Shown in pieces: positions 10,046-20,118 of a stretch of 64,000 bases of DNA. The notes beneath the pieces were generated by a model, which saw nothing but the letters and a program-made list of their open reading frames with translations, had not been told where the DNA came from and made no database searches. The position numbers and the translations under genes are program-made. Numbering within the stretch: the stretch's first letter is position 1; the number at the start of each line of letters is the position of its first letter. The stretch is taken from NCBI GenBank assembly GCA_965208675.1, contig OZ242351.1:640001-704000 (forward strand), in the 5' to 3' direction. Origin of the DNA: Candidatus Poribacteria bacterium. GTDB taxonomy: Bacteria > Poribacteria > WGA-4E > PCPOR2b.

Positions 10046-10717
10046 TTAGAATTTCCCTGACGGGGATGTGCCGACTCCCACTTTTACCCCCGTTCCCTCC
10101 ATCTGTTCCACGACGTGGCGGATGCAGTCGTCAACCGTTTTGAACGGGGGATCAGCGTAGGATTCTAAGCTAAAACTCAAGTCATTTGCGCCGAACACAA
10201 GCATATCCACCCCAGGTTTTGCCAGTTTTCGTGCATTGATAACGGCATTAACAGATTCGATCTGTAGACAGAGAATACCATTATTGTTCCACCAATCGGC
10301 GTAATCGAGACGGTCAGGGTACGCTTTTACGCCGTAACCGGAGCTCGGACCCCAACTCCTTTTTCCAATCTGTGGATAGTAGAACGCATCAATCGCCTCG
10401 TCCACCGTCGATTCGTTCTCCACTTGCGGCACCACAATGGCTAGCGGCCCCAGATCGACGTAATTGCCAATTAGAAACGCGTGCCGTGTGTGTTTGATAC
10501 GGAACATAGCGGGCACACCCAGGTCCTCCGCCATGCCGCAAAACCGAACAAGTTCTTTTTCATCGAACGCCGAGTGTTGGCTGTCGATTCCGACCAAATC
10601 GTAGGTGTCTTTACTGAGGATTTCCTCGAGTTGTTCTTTAGAGGAATCCATGGGTGCACCTCCAACGTTAACTGGTTCCCCGTTGTGTATGCGTTGTTTC
10701 AAAGATAGCTCCGACAT
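10046..10717 (-). CDS. HpcH/HpaI aldolase family protein
   Basis: IDSQHSAFD, VVPQVE, FYYPQIGKRS, LQIES, FGANDLS. Confidence 0.88.
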   Translation of the reverse strand: MSELSLKQRIHNGEPVNVGGAPMDSSKEQLEEILSKDTYDLVGIDSQHSAFDEKELVRFCGMAEDLGVPAMFRIKHTRHAFLIGNYVDLGPLAIVVPQVENESTVDEAIDAFYYPQIGKRSWGPSSGYGVKAYPDRLDYADWWNNNGILCLQIESVNAVINARKLAKPGVDMLVFGANDLSFSLESYADPPFKTVDDCIRHVVEQMEGTGVKVGVGTSPSGKF

Positions 10718-10946
10718 ATCTAAAATTCTCCTTTATTTTGACTTAAACGTTGTAACATGCGGAAGAAATTGTATCTATCAATAAATTGATTGCCACCAGC
10801 CATTTTACGCCTTTTTCGTTTTCTGATCAACATAAATTTGTAAATGCGCGTTTACTTGCGTTTTACGCATAAAATTTTCGGTACAACTTGTTCATCGTTT
10901 GTCGACTGAATCCGAGACGGACAGTGATTGCCCCCTTACAATCGGC

Positions 10947-10975
10947 TTGCCCAACAATGAGTCGTGTGTTATCAT
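10947..10975 (+). promoter_or_regulatory. Putative sigma70 promoter (TTGCCC-17-TATCAT, extended -10)
   Basis: Motif spacing upstream of the glyoxalase gene. Confidence 0.45.
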
Positions 10976-11097
10976 TGTGGCTGAAAACCGTACTTTTTGG
11001 GATCCGAATTGTTTAATACGAGACGTTGAGAAACGGACAGGTGAAACTTCTCAATCGCTATTTTACCTAAAATAAACTGCAGAAAGGAATTCACGAA

Positions 11098-11508
11098 ATG
11101 GCTACGTTTTTGCACACACGTATTCGAGTCAGCAATCTAGACCGATCCATCAATTGGTATTGCGACAATCTCGGTTTCGTTGTGAAACGCCGAAGCGATA
11201 GATCGCCGGCGGGCAACCAAATCGTCCATTTGGAGTTACCCGGTAATGTTCCCACCCTAGAATTGACCTATTCCCCCGATTATGAACTCAACGTTCCGGA
11301 AGATTTGATGCACCTCGCCATCGGCGTACCGGATCTGGTAGCCTGCTGCGACGAACTGGAAAATTCTGGCCTTGAAATCTGGCCCGACGGTTGGCGTGAG
11401 CAATTCACATCAGGCGGCATGAAAATGGCTTTTATTACCGATCCAGATGGTTATGAGGTGGAATTGCTTGAGGATATGGAGAAAATTATGAATGAGTTGA
11501 GCGAGTGA
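11098..11508 (+). CDS. VOC family protein (lactoylglutathione lyase-like)
   Basis: FLHTRIRVSNLDRSI, LELTY, HLAIGV, AFITDPDGYEVELL. Confidence 0.9.
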   Translation: MATFLHTRIRVSNLDRSINWYCDNLGFVVKRRSDRSPAGNQIVHLELPGNVPTLELTYSPDYELNVPEDLMHLAIGVPDLVACCDELENSGLEIWPDGWREQFTSGGMKMAFITDPDGYEVELLEDMEKIMNELSE

Positions 11509-11548
11509 GATGAATCGCCGCCCAATCTCATATGGGGTAGACCTACGG

Positions 11549-12190
11549 ATGAAGTTGCTCTCGGTAAATGTATCGAAACCCAAGCCTGTCTCATATAACG
11601 GTAAAACGATACACACAGGGATCTTTAAGGCTCCGGTGAAGGGTCGCGTTGCGCTTAAAAGATTGAATTTGGACGGAGACGGACAGGGTGATTTAACGGT
11701 ACACGGCGGCGTCGATAAGGCAGTCTACGCCTACCCAAATGAGCATTACGAGCACTGGCGGCGAGAACTCAGGCGTGACAATCTGACTTACGGACAGTTC
11801 GGCGAGAACTTTACTGTGGAAGGTATGTTGGAGGATGGCGTTCATATTGGAGATGTTTTCCGCATAGGGTCGGCATTGGTGGAAGTGTCGCAGCCGCGCG
11901 TGCCGTGTTTTAAACTTGGGCTAAAGATGGGCAACCCGACATTTCCGAAACTGTTCTTGGCGAGCGAACGGTCTGGTTTTTACTTGCGCGTATTGGAACC
12001 GGGGGAGGTCGGCGCTGGCGATGCGATCGAACGGGTTAAGGTTGGGCAAAAATGCCTAACGGTAAAGGCGGTACACCACCTGCTGTATTTCGACAGCAGT
12101 AATTTGGAAAGAATTCACGAGGTTTTAGGCATCCCCGCGTTGGCGGCGAGTTGGCGCGAATCATTCGAGAAGGTGTTAGCTAATGCCTGA
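11549..12190 (+). CDS. MOSC domain protein (YiiM-like) with 3-alpha domain
   Basis: TGIFK, GDGQGDLTVHGGVDKAVY, FGENFT, SQPRVPCFKL, GFYLRVLEPG. Confidence 0.92.
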   Translation: MKLLSVNVSKPKPVSYNGKTIHTGIFKAPVKGRVALKRLNLDGDGQGDLTVHGGVDKAVYAYPNEHYEHWRRELRRDNLTYGQFGENFTVEGMLEDGVHIGDVFRIGSALVEVSQPRVPCFKLGLKMGNPTFPKLFLASERSGFYLRVLEPGEVGAGDAIERVKVGQKCLTVKAVHHLLYFDSSNLERIHEVLGIPALAASWRESFEKVLANA

Positions 12191-12208
12191 AATCACAAGA
12201 AAGTGAAA

Positions 12209-12258
12209 AGCGCCGAATGGCTAGTGGAAAGCACGAAATTCACTAACCACTCGCCGCT
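12209..12258. terminator. Long imperfect hairpin between convergent genes
   Basis: AGCGCCGAATGGCTAGTG / CACTAACCACTCGCCGCT inverted repeat. Confidence 0.5.
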
Positions 12259-12319
12259 AATGTACAAATCACTGTTCATGGATGACTTCCTGATGCCGAC
12301 GATGGAAATCGCCCCAACG

Positions 12320-13816
12320 CTACTCAACCATGCCAATCTTGGCGGCTTGCGGCGCGCGCGTCGGTAGATTCTGCTTCGCCAGTTGATTTTCCGGAATATA
12401 TCCGGTGTAATCAGGTATTCGACCGTGCGTCAATGAGTAAACAGCGACATTGGTCATAAACCGATATACGCCTGGGGAATAGTGCACGGACCGCGTCGGT
12501 AGGCTTACTGCCTCCATGGCGCACATGTAATCTCGCCGCACGACTAACACCGAAAGTTTTTCACCAATTGAGATTCCTTCTAGGAAATTCCGCCGGGGCG
12601 GCGGTTGAGTGCCAAACCAAAAGATATCAAATCCCACCGGTGGTCCGCCCATTTCATAGAAGTTATTATAGAGCTCGTGGTCGTTAGGAATACGCCCAAC
12701 CTGAAATTCAGGCATGACATAGCGCATCTGAGCGAGGAAAACGCGAGTAAATCCACGGTCGGCGGCGTTTACGCCGCAATCGTCAAAGACGAGGAGGCCG
12801 CCTCTGTCAACAAGATATCGACGCAGTCCAGCCGCTTCCGGTTCCGTAAGTCTTTTGTTCAGCGTCATATTAGCAGCCGCATTAGTACTGCGAAGACCGC
12901 GCGCCATGTTGTGCGACCGCACAAAAACAGGATCGTGCCCAGTCATAAATGCCATTGGAGTCTTTTGCAGGTTGGCGTCCGTTAATTTCACCGCACCGCC
13001 TTCAACGTTCATGTCCGTCTTAATGTTCGTCCGTTCATTTATCCATTTCGTCAGCGCATTCAGCGATGATGCGTCTGCCCACCAATCAGACAGGTTATGC
13101 CGGATACGGGCGAAGCGGAACACACCTTGAATGTCGCGTCCTTTACCGATGACCCGACCCCCAGGTTCACCCCTCGGCAACGGTGGAACATCTGCATTTC
13201 CAAGTGTAATGCTTTCAACCACATCGCCTAGTGCATCACGCGCAGCACCAACCTGCTCCACCATGATTAGCCCTAGAAGATGTTCAAATGCGACCTTCAC
13301 CTGCACTATCCCGCCGGCAATCCCGCGTTCAATATTCGACGGGCCGGTATTTGGTGCAGTGGCGACAGGTCCGGAAAACGCCAATGCGCCCGGCACATCC
13401 GATTCCGGCAAATCCGCATGAGTCGTCACTTGCGGCAGGGTTGCATTGAGGCTAATCACTTTGGGTACATTAGGAGTCATGGATTGGTCTAGTTTGACGA
13501 CTTTATTCGAGAATTCGAGCACGGTTTGGGGCTCGAAAGTAGACGTACGAACGACTGCAGCAGTTGTGACTCTGGGTTGAACCTGAACTTGTTCAACGAC
13601 CAAAGTGTTATCCGTGAGAGTAGCAGGTTTCATCGGTTTAATTACCTGCTTACGTACTTTAGGTTTTGGCGGCTCTGGCGATACAAGTACGTGGGCACCG
13701 ACTAAGTCTTTGAATTGCGGGGTTTGTGTGACGAGATAAACACCTAGAATCAGCACAGCGACTCCGTGGAGGATTATCGACGTCATCAAAGCCCTTGAGG
13801 TTTTCTTGGCAGACAT
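12320..13816 (-). CDS. Membrane-anchored protein with C-terminal DUF4159-like domain
   Basis: N-terminal TM (SIILHGVAVLILGVYLV), Pro/Val-rich linker, FMTGHD...EAAGLRRYLVDRGGLLVFDDC...IPNDHELYNNFY. Confidence 0.7.
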   Translation of the reverse strand: MSAKKTSRALMTSIILHGVAVLILGVYLVTQTPQFKDLVGAHVLVSPEPPKPKVRKQVIKPMKPATLTDNTLVVEQVQVQPRVTTAAVVRTSTFEPQTVLEFSNKVVKLDQSMTPNVPKVISLNATLPQVTTHADLPESDVPGALAFSGPVATAPNTGPSNIERGIAGGIVQVKVAFEHLLGLIMVEQVGAARDALGDVVESITLGNADVPPLPRGEPGGRVIGKGRDIQGVFRFARIRHNLSDWWADASSLNALTKWINERTNIKTDMNVEGGAVKLTDANLQKTPMAFMTGHDPVFVRSHNMARGLRSTNAAANMTLNKRLTEPEAAGLRRYLVDRGGLLVFDDCGVNAADRGFTRVFLAQMRYVMPEFQVGRIPNDHELYNNFYEMGGPPVGFDIFWFGTQPPPRRNFLEGISIGEKLSVLVVRRDYMCAMEAVSLPTRSVHYSPGVYRFMTNVAVYSLTHGRIPDYTGYIPENQLAKQNLPTRAPQAAKIGMVE

Positions 13817-13916
13817 TTTTTTCCCTCCATATCAACATGCGGTGTTAAGGTAGTTAAAACTCTTGATTGCCCCGCCGCCTAATCTATGGTATTGCGCGAG
13901 GTCATTTATCGTAATA

Positions 13917-13932
13917 AGCAATTTATATGCCA
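13917..13932 (-). promoter_or_regulatory. Putative sigma54 (-24/-12) promoter
   Basis: Minus strand TGGCATATAAATTGCT, exact GG-N10-GC spacing, ~100 bp upstream of the DUF4159 gene. Confidence 0.6.
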
Positions 13933-14347
13933 CAATTACATTTCAGTGTGCAAAATACCAATTACCTATGTGCAAGCAGAAAGCATAATGGATTATCGGC
14001 ATTTGTCCAGCCCGCTCCATGACTGGGTTGCGGCGGTCGATATGACTTTTTTGCCGTGCACTGCATACGAATATAAAAACTTCCGACTTATGGCGCTAGC
14101 TATTTTTAAACACCGGCGAAGATTGTACATTTCTGCGCTAAACGGTTAATCCTCTTTGTCAGGTTGCACCAGATGGTGCACCCTCGCCTGCATGAAGAAA
14201 TTAAAACTTCACGTGATTGGGGCCTACCTAATCTCAAGCCAATCAGATAAGTGAACTGGTATAACACCGATTGAAGTATCCATCAAGAAACTCCAAAATT
14301 GCCTACATTTCCATCCCTGTGTTCAATAGCTGCAGACACAAAAACGC

Positions 14348-14376
14348 TTGACACGAACTCTATCCCGTGATAAATT
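14348..14376 (+). promoter_or_regulatory. Putative sigma70 promoter (TTGACA-17-TAAATT, extended -10)
   Basis: GCTTGACACGAACTCTATCCCGTGATAAATT. Confidence 0.5.
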
Positions 14377-14507
14377 TGCTCGTTTGTTTTACCTTACCTT
14401 TACCGCCAATTGAATACCGCCAATCGAAATGTGTTTCCCACAAGACCGTACTTATACCATTTCTATAATTGGAAGTGCATTAATGGCGTCAATCATGTCT
14501 TTCCAAA

Positions 14508-14530
14508 GCGGGGCAAGATGCCCCGCCTAC
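14508..14530. repeat. REP-like palindrome
   Basis: GCGGGGCA-AGA-TGCCCCGC followed by CTAC. Confidence 0.65.
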
Positions 14531-14691
14531 GGGGTTCGGTGGAAAGGGCAACAGTTAGTATGGGTCGCGTCATAGTAGTATAATAGAAAACACGATATGC
14601 ACTATTATTCAAGCGAAATGGTATTAGAACCCAAATGGGTTTATGATGAAATCTATTTCCTATTGATGAAACTTGACAGGAGGTTTATTCA

Positions 14692-15660
14692 GTGAAAGTG
14701 CTAATTCTCCCGTCCCCGCCACAATTGCATTATTGGTGCGACGGCGTTGTTACAGCGTTAGACGACAGGTATCCGATTAGGCATTTTGATCCGACGCAGG
14801 CGGTATTAGACCAATTTAGAGACATTGACGTCGTCGTGGAGTGTGCCGGCTGTACGCGGGAGATGGTTGATGCGGCAGTAGATGCCGGCGTAAAATTGTG
14901 GCAGGTCATGGCGGTTGGCTTAAATGCCTGGGACGTGAATTACTTCTTGGAAAAGGGTATGCTCTTTGCCAACACGCCCGGTCCTTTTAGCGCGGTCGCT
15001 CTGGCGGAACATGCTTTATCATTGATGTTCTTGATCGCCAAAAACTACACGGCAGCTCAAGAAAATGTACGATCGGAAAATTTTAGTCTGCCGGTCAATG
15101 ACGAGTTAGCGGGAAAAACGTTAGGCTTGGTTGGGTTGGGTGCAAGCGGGCGTGAACTCGCAAAGCGCGCCCATGCGCTGGGCATGCGGTTGGCGGCTAT
15201 TGATATCGTTGATGTTTCTCAGGAAATTCGGGACGAACTGCACTTGGAGTTCTTTGGCGATCCGAGCCGGTTGGACCACCTGTTGAGCGAGGCAGATTAC
15301 TTATCAATCCACACGCCGCTTACCTCAAAGACCCGACATCTGATTGACCGGCGAGCATTAGAAATAATGAAACCGACCGCCGCGTTGATTAACATTGCAC
15401 GCGGTGGAATCGTGGACGAGCCGGCTCTAATTGAGGCGTTAGAAACAGGGCAGATTCGGGCTGCCGGCCTGGACGTTTTTGCACATGAACCGTTGCCATC
15501 TAGCCACCCTTTCCAACAGATGAAAAACGTGTTTTGCACGCCCCACATCGCTGGAGTAACTAAGGAGACTGTTCAACGCCGCGCGGAATTAGTGGTTGAG
15601 AACATCGATCGGGTGGCTAAGGGCATGATACCTCTGCATCTCGTTACATCTGCCGAATAG
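14692..15660 (+). CDS. D-isomer-specific 2-hydroxyacid dehydrogenase
   Basis: GLVGLGASG, HTPLTSKTRHLI, INIARGGIVDE, AGLDVFAHEP, TPHIAG. Confidence 0.93.
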   Translation: MKVLILPSPPQLHYWCDGVVTALDDRYPIRHFDPTQAVLDQFRDIDVVVECAGCTREMVDAAVDAGVKLWQVMAVGLNAWDVNYFLEKGMLFANTPGPFSAVALAEHALSLMFLIAKNYTAAQENVRSENFSLPVNDELAGKTLGLVGLGASGRELAKRAHALGMRLAAIDIVDVSQEIRDELHLEFFGDPSRLDHLLSEADYLSIHTPLTSKTRHLIDRRALEIMKPTAALINIARGGIVDEPALIEALETGQIRAAGLDVFAHEPLPSSHPFQQMKNVFCTPHIAGVTKETVQRRAELVVENIDRVAKGMIPLHLVTSAE

Positions 15661-15799
15661 TCAGGGACGAACCGCAAAGAATTTTTCTCGCTTTTGCCGC
15701 TGAACCGCCCGTTTCAGCGGATAGACTTCAACCCTGTATCGGCATGAATACACCTTTCTCGCAACATCATCCCGCATATTGCGTGAATGACGTACCGTT

Positions 15800-16864
15800 T
15801 TGGAGGAAAATCCATTGAAGTATTTGTCTGCTTCCCAGCTACAAGAGATTGGCACAAGGATTTTGGATGCAGCCGGTTCGCCGCATGAAGAATCCGTTAT
15901 CGTAAGCAAAGCGCTTGTCCGCTCAAACTTAATGGGGCACGATTCTCACGGCGTCTTGCGTATCGCACAGTACGTCGGGGATATTCGGAACGGCGAGATT
16001 TTACCGGGGGCGCCGATTGAAATTGAGCGAGAAATGGACGCTTCTGCCGTGATAAACGGCAACTCCGGGTGGGGCATGGTGATTGCCCAGAAGGCGATGC
16101 AGCTTGCGATTGACAAGGCGCGCAGGTGTTCGATTGGTACGGTGGTTGTGCGCGGAAGCCATCACGTGGGCCGCGTGGGAGAGTATCCCACAATGGCGGC
16201 TGCGGCACAGATGATTGGTATGGCTGCCATCAACTCTTACGGTACCCCCGGTATGATGGCGCCGTGGGGAGGAATCGATCGGCGGCTCTCCCCAAATCCT
16301 CTAGCATTCGCTATGCCGAGCGGGGAAACGTGGCCCGTGCTTGTAGATGTAACTACATCGGTTGTGCCGGAAGGCAAAGTTCGCGCCGCCCAATACGCGG
16401 GCGAATCCTTGCCGGAAGGGTGTATCATTGATTCCGAGGGAAATCCAACTACAGATCCTAACGCTTTCTACGGTCCTCCGACTGGCGCAATCTTACCTCT
16501 CGGCGGCGTCATGGGATACAAAGGCTACGGGTTAGGCATCGTCGCCACCTTGCTGGCAGGCGCATTGTCAGGTGTAGGTTGTAATGGTCCCGAGGCGCCA
16601 ATGAAGGGCAATGGGATATTCTTTCAGGCAATTAACATCGAAGCCTTCCTCCCGCTAGAAGAATTCATCCAAACGGTTCAAGGGCAAATCGAATGGATGA
16701 AGTCGTCTCGGCGGAGACATGGTGTGGATGAAATTCTTTTTCCCGGCGAGCCGGAGTTTCGGACGGCACAGCGCCGCGAAACGGAAGGCATTCCGGTTGA
16801 GGACAGCGTTTGGGAAGAAATGGTTGAAACAGCGGCAAGTCTAGGGCTGGATATAGAGGAATGA
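15800..16864 (+). CDS. Ldh_2 family oxidoreductase (malate/L-lactate/L-sulfolactate dehydrogenase type)
   Basis: GHDSHGV, SHHVGRVG, NPLAFA, GYKGYGL, LFPGEPE. Confidence 0.92.
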   Translation: MEENPLKYLSASQLQEIGTRILDAAGSPHEESVIVSKALVRSNLMGHDSHGVLRIAQYVGDIRNGEILPGAPIEIEREMDASAVINGNSGWGMVIAQKAMQLAIDKARRCSIGTVVVRGSHHVGRVGEYPTMAAAAQMIGMAAINSYGTPGMMAPWGGIDRRLSPNPLAFAMPSGETWPVLVDVTTSVVPEGKVRAAQYAGESLPEGCIIDSEGNPTTDPNAFYGPPTGAILPLGGVMGYKGYGLGIVATLLAGALSGVGCNGPEAPMKGNGIFFQAINIEAFLPLEEFIQTVQGQIEWMKSSRRRHGVDEILFPGEPEFRTAQRRETEGIPVEDSVWEEMVETAASLGLDIEE

Positions 16865-16940
16865 GGACAAGAACAAAAAATCCTCTCCCTTGGCAAGCTT
16901 ACTATTACCCACAAGTCCAGAAATTCGCACGGAGCCACGC

Positions 16941-17053
16941 TGTGGGAGGGAAATCCTTCTCCCGATTGTCGAGGCAGGGATGCCTCTCCTACAGTGAGAA
17001 CGCCCTGTCGGCTCCTTCCAATAATCATTCCCCTCCTTACTAAGGAGGGGAAT
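16941..17053. repeat. REP-like cluster at the left border of the defence island
   Basis: TGTGGGAGGGAAATCCTTCTCCCGATT (inverted copy of module D), GAGGCAGGGATGCCTCTCCTACA, ATTCCCCTCCTTACTAAGGAGGGGAAT palindrome. Confidence 0.8.
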
Positions 17054-17117
17054 AAAAACAACCGCCCGGATGTTATTGCTCAGCCAACTTTACGGCGTAT
17101 GTACGAATTGCGTGCGC

Positions 17118-18875
17118 CTAGGATTCAACAACGGACGCCAACACCTCATTTAACAGCCCTTCGTTCTTCCGCTCCAATGCCAGCAATTCCTCGGCGATTT
17201 CATCAAGAGAACGAAGCGGCGTGTATTTGTAGAAATACCGATTAAAGTTTATTTCGTAGCCAACCTTGTCCTTTTTCCTGTCCAGCCAACTGTCCGGCAG
17301 GTGCGGCTTGACCTCCCGCTGGTAGTAGTCTTCGATGTCCTCACTGAGCGGCACCCGCTCATAGTCTCGCAGCTTAGAATCGGGTTTAGGATTGCCCTTC
17401 TTGTCTCTGACGACCACCTGTTTCTCCTCGCCTTGAATCTTGTTTTTCTCGACCAGCGGCCTCTCAACCGTGACTTTGGTGTAGCCGAAGAAATCGTTCT
17501 CGTAAATCTTGCAGTGTTCGTTCTCCTCAAAATTGGTGTAGAGCGCCGACAAACGACGGATATGGGCGTCAGAGATGAAAACGCTCTTGTCGCCCAAGTT
17601 TCGCTTCATCTTGTCGAAGAAACTCGCTCCGTTAATGAGTTGTATCATGCCGCGCCGTGCATTTGATTTTTGGTTCGTTAAGATCCAGATGTAGGTTGCG
17701 ATACTGGTGTTGAAAAACAGCTTATCGGGCAGCGCAACAATACACTCCAACCAGTCGTTTTCGATAATCCAGCGTCGAATCTCGCTCTCGCCGCTGCCGG
17801 CATCGCCCGTGAATAGCGGAGAACCGTTGAAGACGATGCCGATCCGGCTGCCGCGGAATTCCATCTTGGAAAGCATGTGCTGCAGAAAAAGCAACGCCCC
17901 GTCAGAGGTGCGCGGTGTACCAACAGCGAACCTGCCGCTCGGATTTTCGGCGTCCTCCTTAACTGTCCCCTCCTCGGACTTCCAACTGACGCCGAACGGC
18001 GGATTCGTAATCATATAGTCGAATCGCTGTGCTTGAAATTTGTCAGCCGATAGCGACGATCCGAGTCGGATTGAGTCCGGATCTTCTGCGGTAATCAGCA
18101 TGTCCGATTTGCAGATAGCGTAGGTCTGCGCATTCAGTTCTTGACCGAGCAGGCGAAGTTCGGCTGAGCGGTTGATATGTTCTAGGAAGTATTCCTTGCC
18201 GATGGTTAGCATGCCGCCCGTCCCGCAGCACGGGTCGAAGATGCTGCGGACAACGCCCTGTCCCTGCAGATTCTCGCGGTGTTCCGCGAACAGCAGCGAG
18301 ACGAGCAGCCTTACCACGTCCCGGGGCGTGTAGTGTTCCCCGCTAGTTTCGTTGGACATCTCCGAGAATCGGCGTAGCAGTTCCTCAAATACCTGACCCA
18401 TGATGTGGTTGTCCACTTTGTTGGGGTGCAAATCGACTTCGGTGAATTTGCTGCAGAAGATGAACAACCGATTGTTCCGGTCCAGCCGTTCAATGAACCG
18501 GTCTAGGTTGAAGTTTTCGATGATGTCCCGTACATCCGCACTGAATCCGTTCAGGTAATTCTGGAAGTTATGGCGTATGTTGGCAGGTTCATCTTTCAGC
18601 CGCGCCAGGTCGTATTGGGAGGTGTTGTAGAATTGGGTGCCAGTGGCTTTCAAAATAATCGGCGGCAACCTGTCTTCAGACACCTTGTCCTTGAATTGGT
18701 TGTAGGCGTCGATGGCTCTCTTTTTCCGGTCGCCCTCCTCCAAGATGCAGTCCAACCGCCGCAGCACGAGAAACGGCAGCGTCACATCGCCGTATTCGTG
18801 CGGCTTGAACAACCCGCGCAGCACATCGTCCGCGACATTCCAAACCAGATTAGCGAGTTCTTGATAGTTTGCCAT
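17118..18875 (-). CDS. hsdM: Type I R-M methyltransferase subunit (N6-adenine)
   Basis: WNVADDVLRG, GEHYTPRDV, FDPCCGTGGML, NPPF, LFTGDAGSGES, GYEINFNRYFY. Confidence 0.95.
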   Translation of the reverse strand: MANYQELANLVWNVADDVLRGLFKPHEYGDVTLPFLVLRRLDCILEEGDRKKRAIDAYNQFKDKVSEDRLPPIILKATGTQFYNTSQYDLARLKDEPANIRHNFQNYLNGFSADVRDIIENFNLDRFIERLDRNNRLFIFCSKFTEVDLHPNKVDNHIMGQVFEELLRRFSEMSNETSGEHYTPRDVVRLLVSLLFAEHRENLQGQGVVRSIFDPCCGTGGMLTIGKEYFLEHINRSAELRLLGQELNAQTYAICKSDMLITAEDPDSIRLGSSLSADKFQAQRFDYMITNPPFGVSWKSEEGTVKEDAENPSGRFAVGTPRTSDGALLFLQHMLSKMEFRGSRIGIVFNGSPLFTGDAGSGESEIRRWIIENDWLECIVALPDKLFFNTSIATYIWILTNQKSNARRGMIQLINGASFFDKMKRNLGDKSVFISDAHIRRLSALYTNFEENEHCKIYENDFFGYTKVTVERPLVEKNKIQGEEKQVVVRDKKGNPKPDSKLRDYERVPLSEDIEDYYQREVKPHLPDSWLDRKKDKVGYEINFNRYFYKYTPLRSLDEIAEELLALERKNEGLLNEVLASVVES

Positions 18876-19004
18876 ACTACTCCTATTTTTTTAGAGTGAA
18901 TTCTATTTCTCCTCATTGAAAAATCGGGGCTAGAGGAGGTGACTCAACTTTCGGAACCTTACTCTCAAGTTGGACGCGACAGGGAGTTCTCTGAGTCATA
19001 GGGC

Positions 19005-19034
19005 TTGACATCGCCATAAGGGATTTGTTATCCT
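19005..19034 (+). promoter_or_regulatory. Putative promoter of the channel/GIY-YIG cassette
   Basis: TTGACA-18-TATCCT with TG upstream of the -10. Confidence 0.4.
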
Positions 19035-19053
19035 TTGATATCCAAGCCTTAAG

Positions 19054-20085
19054 ATGATTACACCGTCAATTTATGCCGCATGGAATTGGAAAGAGGCTGA
19101 TTTGCCACGAATCACACAGAAATTTTCAAAGCACGGTCAACGATTGCTGGTCTACGTTGTAGAAAATGTCAGTATGTTCCAGTATATATCGGTATTCATC
19201 TCCGTCGTCATCGGCTTTGGTATACTATATACCATATTCACCCCAATGGGGCACGGCATTGGGGAAAATCTCAAGCCAATTTCTAATGTTACGTTTTTCA
19301 CGGGAATTTACTTTAGCGTCGTCACGATTTCTTCATTAGGCTATGGTCATATGCATCCAATGGGGATATCAAGGGCTTTTGCATGCATAGAGGTCCTATT
19401 TGGTCTTGCAGCAGTTGGCATCATGATTGCGAAATTAACATCGCAACGTCTTTCATACCATGTATCGCGTCTTTTTGGTTCAGACGCTCAAAAACGGCTT
19501 GAAGATTTCGCCGCAAATTTCGACACCTCTACGTTAAATCTTCATGAAATAATGCCGAAACTGATGGCCGCTTACCAGAACGAGCCCCAGCAAATCTCTC
19601 CACCGACCGAGATTAGGAGCGCATTAATTTCAGGTTTCCGTGAATTAATCAGCGCGTTTAAATCAGAATGTGTTAAATTGCATGACTATCTTGCTCGAGA
19701 AACCGAACAGGACAACTATTTCCAAATCGTGCCGGTTGATCCAGTCAAAAGAGTTGGCATCGCTGTGGGTGACGCATTCTTGAAGCTTGGTCAGCTCATC
19801 ACGAGTGTACCATCACAGTCCAGGTTTGAAATTTTCGATGACATCAACAGGCAAATGATATTTGAAGCGCTCAGCTCCCAAAAAAAGGTATGTGACTTAG
19901 TCGAAGAATATGCAACTGACGAAGCAACCCTAAGTAGGTTCCTTCGGGTTATGGAGACTTGTGAGACACTACCAACAAGCTACTTCGCAGTTCCAGAAGA
20001 ATCGCAACCCGACCAATCCTTTCAAGGTACTAATGAACCGCAGGAACCTCCAGAGGTGGACAATCAGCACACAGATTCTCCGTAG
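19054..20085 (+). CDS. Two-TM pore-loop ion channel (Ion_trans_2 type) with unknown helical C-terminal domain
   Basis: TM1, then IYFSVVTISSLGYGHMHP pore loop, then TM2 (ACIEVLFGLAAVGIMIAKL). Confidence 0.85.
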   Translation: MITPSIYAAWNWKEADLPRITQKFSKHGQRLLVYVVENVSMFQYISVFISVVIGFGILYTIFTPMGHGIGENLKPISNVTFFTGIYFSVVTISSLGYGHMHPMGISRAFACIEVLFGLAAVGIMIAKLTSQRLSYHVSRLFGSDAQKRLEDFAANFDTSTLNLHEIMPKLMAAYQNEPQQISPPTEIRSALISGFRELISAFKSECVKLHDYLARETEQDNYFQIVPVDPVKRVGIAVGDAFLKLGQLITSVPSQSRFEIFDDINRQMIFEALSSQKKVCDLVEEYATDEATLSRFLRVMETCETLPTSYFAVPEESQPDQSFQGTNEPQEPPEVDNQHTDSP

Positions 20086-20118
20086 TATTGAACTATCACG
20101 GCACGAAGGGGGATAAAA

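Noticed and set aside
13886-14149. 87-aa ORF in the DUF4159-dehydrogenase intergenic region
   Set aside because: No RBS or motif, and it overlaps the candidate sigma54 promoter
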